Assembly (NCBI GenBank): GCA_964187785.1
Contig: OZ076409.1
Coordinates: 94,986,001 to 95,050,000, forward strand
Length of the DNA: 64,000 bases
Origin: Amphiscolops sp. MND2022
Lineage: Eukaryota
Reading direction: 5' to 3'
The position numbers and the translations under genes were made by a program. The notes under the pieces are model-generated. The model worked only from the letters and a program-made list of their open reading frames with translations. It was not told the origin of the DNA and searched no databases. Numbering within the stretch: position 1 is the first letter of the stretch; every line of letters starts with the position of its first letter. Below, piece after piece: positions 61,701-64,000 of this stretch.

Positions 61701-63953
61701 CAAATTTTGCTCAAACACCTGGGAGAAAAAATTCGTATAGTTGCACCTACCATCATTCAATTCATCTCGAATCCTGACCTCTTAGCTATCTCTAACTTTT
61801 CAAAACCAATTCTCGTTAACCGATTGTTGACTTCAACAATGTTTTTACAAAAAACTTGGCATCAATCTAGTCCCACAGCTAGGATACACGAACCTCAAAT
61901 GGGTGCTTTTTCTTTAAAAAATTCATGGAATCATTTTCATTTTTCTGCGATATCAATGCGAAGAAGTCATTGTCCATTTGGGGAAGCACTTGGGTGACAA
62001 TTTCAAAAAACAATCAATACTCGTGACGACAGCAATGAAATGCATTCGTATTAAAGCAAACCCGATCGTGTATACTTTTGTAAACTCAGTAAAATTTATG
62101 ACTCGAACTATCTATCGGTCGGTCTACTGGTAGTGGTTTTTCAGCACGTTTTGCTGATTTCGTGCTATTCTTGCTAAATTTAGATCAGCTGACCTTAACC
62201 TAGCGAAGTTTATAGAGTCACTTGCAGATCCAAATGGACATACACATGAAAGTATGTGGATTGTTTCATTTCGTTCAACTTTTAATTAATTAAAAGTCCG
62301 CTAACATTAAAAAGGGATTCAAATCAGAGGGGGTCTAAAACCTTTCCCTGGTAACCTGCAATTCTGCACGTGCTCTCAAGAAAAATTCATAACTTCATTA
62401 TTCAAACTTTATTTTCACTTTTTGCGATATCAATGCGAAGAAGTCATTGTCCACTTTGGGCAACTGATTTGAAGATGCGATGATTAGCACTTGGGTGACT
62501 ATTTCGAAAAACAATCAATACCCAGTCATTTGCCAGTAAATTTATAGTACAACAGTTTACTTGTGTGCTTTCGACCTGAAGTCAAGGCGCGTAAACAAGA
62601 ACAAACATTATTAAGCATAGAATGCTTTAAAAACAGCCTTTGGACGTAAAACACTTCAAAAACAAAACGCCTACTTTTCCAACCAAAACTTGCAATGTAG
62701 CAATACTGGTGAACCAAAAATGGAACAAAAATTTTCGGCTCTCAAAGTTTCAAATATTTGTCAGCAAATGTTTCAAAAACAACCCTGAACATTGCAATTC
62801 AGCTTCTCGGTCATCCAATTTGACAACTTTCGTTCTCTAAGCAAACGAACTTTCACACATGAAAAGTGTGAACGAAACGACTGGTAAACACGTCTACACG
62901 TTTTCTGAAAGTCGAATCATTCTGTTGAAGATTTGATTACGTAATGAGAGAATGATTGACAGAGAAAGTGAAAGATTATCAGTGTGTTGTTTACAAATAT
63001 TACAATTTTCAAGAGTGATTATTTTGTGCGTTCTACCGAAAAACTGAAACGCACAAAAAAAATTCGCTTTAAATTGTAATATTTGTAAACAAGGCTCAGA
63101 AAATTATCCAGTCAATCTTTCAAATCCAGTCAATCTATTCAAATTCTCTCATTAGGTAATCAAATCAACAGAAAGTGATTTGAACCCTCAGCGAAATTCT
63201 AGGCATCTTTACCTGTCACTTTGTTTGCACTTCTGATTGTGAAAGTTGGTACTCCTGCTAAGTGTGGTCCCAAGCGATTTCTCCTTACTAAGTGTGGTCC
63301 CTATTTTATAAGTGTGGTCCCTGCATAGTTTGTCGAATTTTTATTACGTCGTCAGCTATGTTCACACATCCCTAGTGCCCTAAATGCAGGAGCGAAGCGA
63401 AGCGGAGCGACGTGCCATATGGCCATGCCTCAATGTTGCTACTTGGCGAAGGGAGCGAAGCGACCGAGCCATACAACAAATATGCTAACCTCTTCTAGGG
63501 ACCACACTTAGTCAGGAGTTTTCAGGCCGGCTGCATAAGTCTTGTAGGGACCACACTTAGTCAGGAGTACCTGAAAGTTTTTTGACACTCGAATGTGTGA
63601 AAGCAATGTTGTCAAACTGAATGATTGACAAGCTGAACTTCAGCGTTCAAAGTTGTTTTGAAATGTTTGTTGACAAATATTAGACATTTTGAAAGCACAA
63701 AAAGTTTTGTGCGTTCCGTTTTTTTGGTTCGCCTAGTAGCATACGGAGTGAGTGAGTGTTTGCTCCTACCAGAGTGGATATCTCGTTCTCGCGGTCGGGG
63801 GCGGAGCGGGCAGTGGCCTTAATCATGGTGCTGGTCTGCATGTCGGTGAGTTTCTTGATGCAGCGCTGGCCCCCCACGATGTTGCACAGCTCCAGGGGCA
63901 GGAACGTGTGCTTGCTCTCCTGGCCCACTTGCAGACAAGGCAGTTGCGGATAC
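49640..63953 (-). CDS. AGO: Argonaute (AGO clade); 3' eight coding exons covering end of PAZ, L2, MID and PIWI; 5' part lies beyond the window
   Basis: Exons 63953-63770, 61665-61543, 58367-58049, 56194-55944, 55418-55224, 53544-53308, 52115-51916 and 49748-49640 all have GT-AG boundaries in consistent phase. Motifs: [79 protein letters not shown]. Confidence 0.97.
49818..50285 (-). mobile_element. HINE family B copy (AGO last intron)
   Basis: ACAAGCCGAGAACGGCCAAAGTCGGCAC..GCGCTGACTAAAAA. Confidence 0.75.
50585..51110 (+). mobile_element. HINE family B copy, opposite orientation
   Basis: Ends GGCGCCGACTTGGGCCGTTCCCGGCTTGTT. Confidence 0.75.
51916..52115 (-). CDS. AGO: Argonaute exon (PIWI)
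   Basis: [49 protein letters not shown]. Confidence 0.95.
53308..53544 (-). CDS. AGO: Argonaute exon (PIWI)
   Basis: [33 protein letters not shown]. Confidence 0.95.
53569..53705 (-). mobile_element. tRNA-derived SINE-like sequence
   Basis: Minus strand A box TGGCACAGTTGG and B box GGTTCGAACCC; no paired acceptor stem. Homolog at 57585-57710. Confidence 0.6.
53796..54251 (-). mobile_element. HINE family B copy
   Basis: AACAAGCCGGGAACGGCCCAAGTCGGCGCC..GGCGCCGACTAAAA. Confidence 0.75.
54656..55200 (-). mobile_element. HINE family B copy
   Basis: Same termini as the other family B copies. Confidence 0.75.
55224..55418 (-). CDS. AGO: Argonaute exon (PIWI)
   Basis: [29 protein letters not shown]. 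Confidence 0.95.
55498..55933 (-). mobile_element. HINE family B copy (fills most of a short AGO intron)
   Basis: Same termini; interior similar to 47549-47943. Confidence 0.75.
55944..56194 (-). CDS. AGO: Argonaute exon (MID/PIWI)
   Basis: [38 protein letters not shown]. Confidence 0.95.
57531..57770 (-). mobile_element. HINE family A copy carrying a tRNA-derived segment
   Basis: Termini AACAAGACACCCG..CGGGATATTTTCCGC / GGGCCGAAAATAATAAA, as at 36594-37377. Internal A and B boxes. Confidence 0.6.
58049..58367 (-). CDS. AGO: Argonaute exon (MID)
   Basis: [28 protein letters not shown]; cag| and |gtaaca boundaries. Confidence 0.95.
58524..58845. mobile_element. hAT-type MITE, same family as 26880-27240
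   Basis: CAGAATTTCGACATCGCTA..TAGCGATGTTAAAACTCTG; shared interior (TTAGCGGCCGCGCAG). Confidence 0.75.
60443..60954 (+). mobile_element. HINE family B copy nested in a probable hAT MITE (60401-61270)
   Basis: TTTTTAGTCGGCGC..GGCGCCGACTTTGGCCGTTCTCGGCTTGTT. The outer element has CAGGGTT/AACCCTG ends with near-TSD CTGCTAAT/CTGTTAAT. Confidence 0.7.
61343..61511. mobile_element. Tc1/mariner-type MITE
   Basis: TIRs CAGAGGAAGCCGCTTATATGGG / CCCATTTAAGCGGTTTCCACTG, flanked by TA on both sides. Confidence 0.8.
61543..61665 (-). CDS. AGO: Argonaute exon (L2)
   Basis: [41 protein letters not shown]; tag| and |gtcagt boundaries. Confidence 0.93.
62722..63717. repeat. Long imperfect inverted repeat (foldback) centred at ~63040; right arm interrupted by the 63252-63567 MITE
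   Basis: TGTTTACAAATATTACAATTT (62988) vs AAATTGTAATATTTGTAAACA (63071); GATTTGATTACGTAATGAGAGAAT vs ATTCTCTCATTAGGTAATCAAATC. Outer arms 62722-62830 vs 63605-63717. Confidence 0.8.
63252..63567. mobile_element. TA-flanked MITE with reiterated TAAGTGTGGTCCC subterminal motifs
   Basis: CTCCTGCTAAGTGTGGTCCC / GGGACCACACTTAGTCAGGAG, with TA on both sides. Confidence 0.8.
63770..63953 (-). CDS. AGO: Argonaute exon (PAZ end / L2)
   Basis: [40 protein letters not shown]; cag| and |gtagga boundaries. Confidence 0.93.
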
Positions 63954-64000
63954 CTGCACAAAACAACAACATTCAACTTTAATAAAGACAAGCCGGCAAC

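Overview
AT-rich, repeat-dense eukaryotic (metazoan) genomic DNA with one 200-N gap (2342-2541). From left to right: (1) a decayed Ty3/Gypsy gag-pol on the minus strand (1-1800). (2) A decayed Polinton/Maverick (adintovirus-like) endogenous virus (2542-20280) with two packaging-ATPase genes, an rve integrase, a double-jelly-roll capsid and a protein-primed PolB; one ~2.12-kb internal segment is tandemly amplified at least 5 times. (3) LTR, LINE and MITE debris (20280-27400). (4) A complete ~19.6-kb Ty3/Gypsy retrovirus-like element (27489-47109; ~2-kb LTRs, AGGG TSD, PBS). It has a -1 frameshifted gag-pol whose Pol contains a TARG1/OARD1-type macrodomain, an apparently spliced antisense gene, three tandem paralogous accessory ORFs, a five-unit covarying RNA-hairpin array, a chuvirus-type fusion glycoprotein (env) and a TRAF-type coiled-coil+MATH gene. 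(5) The 3' eight coding exons of an AGO-clade Argonaute on the minus strand (49640-63953, continuing beyond the window), with a D-to-T change in the slicer tetrad and introns full of Helentron-type HINEs and MITEs. All family assignments come from motif recognition by eye, not from database searches.
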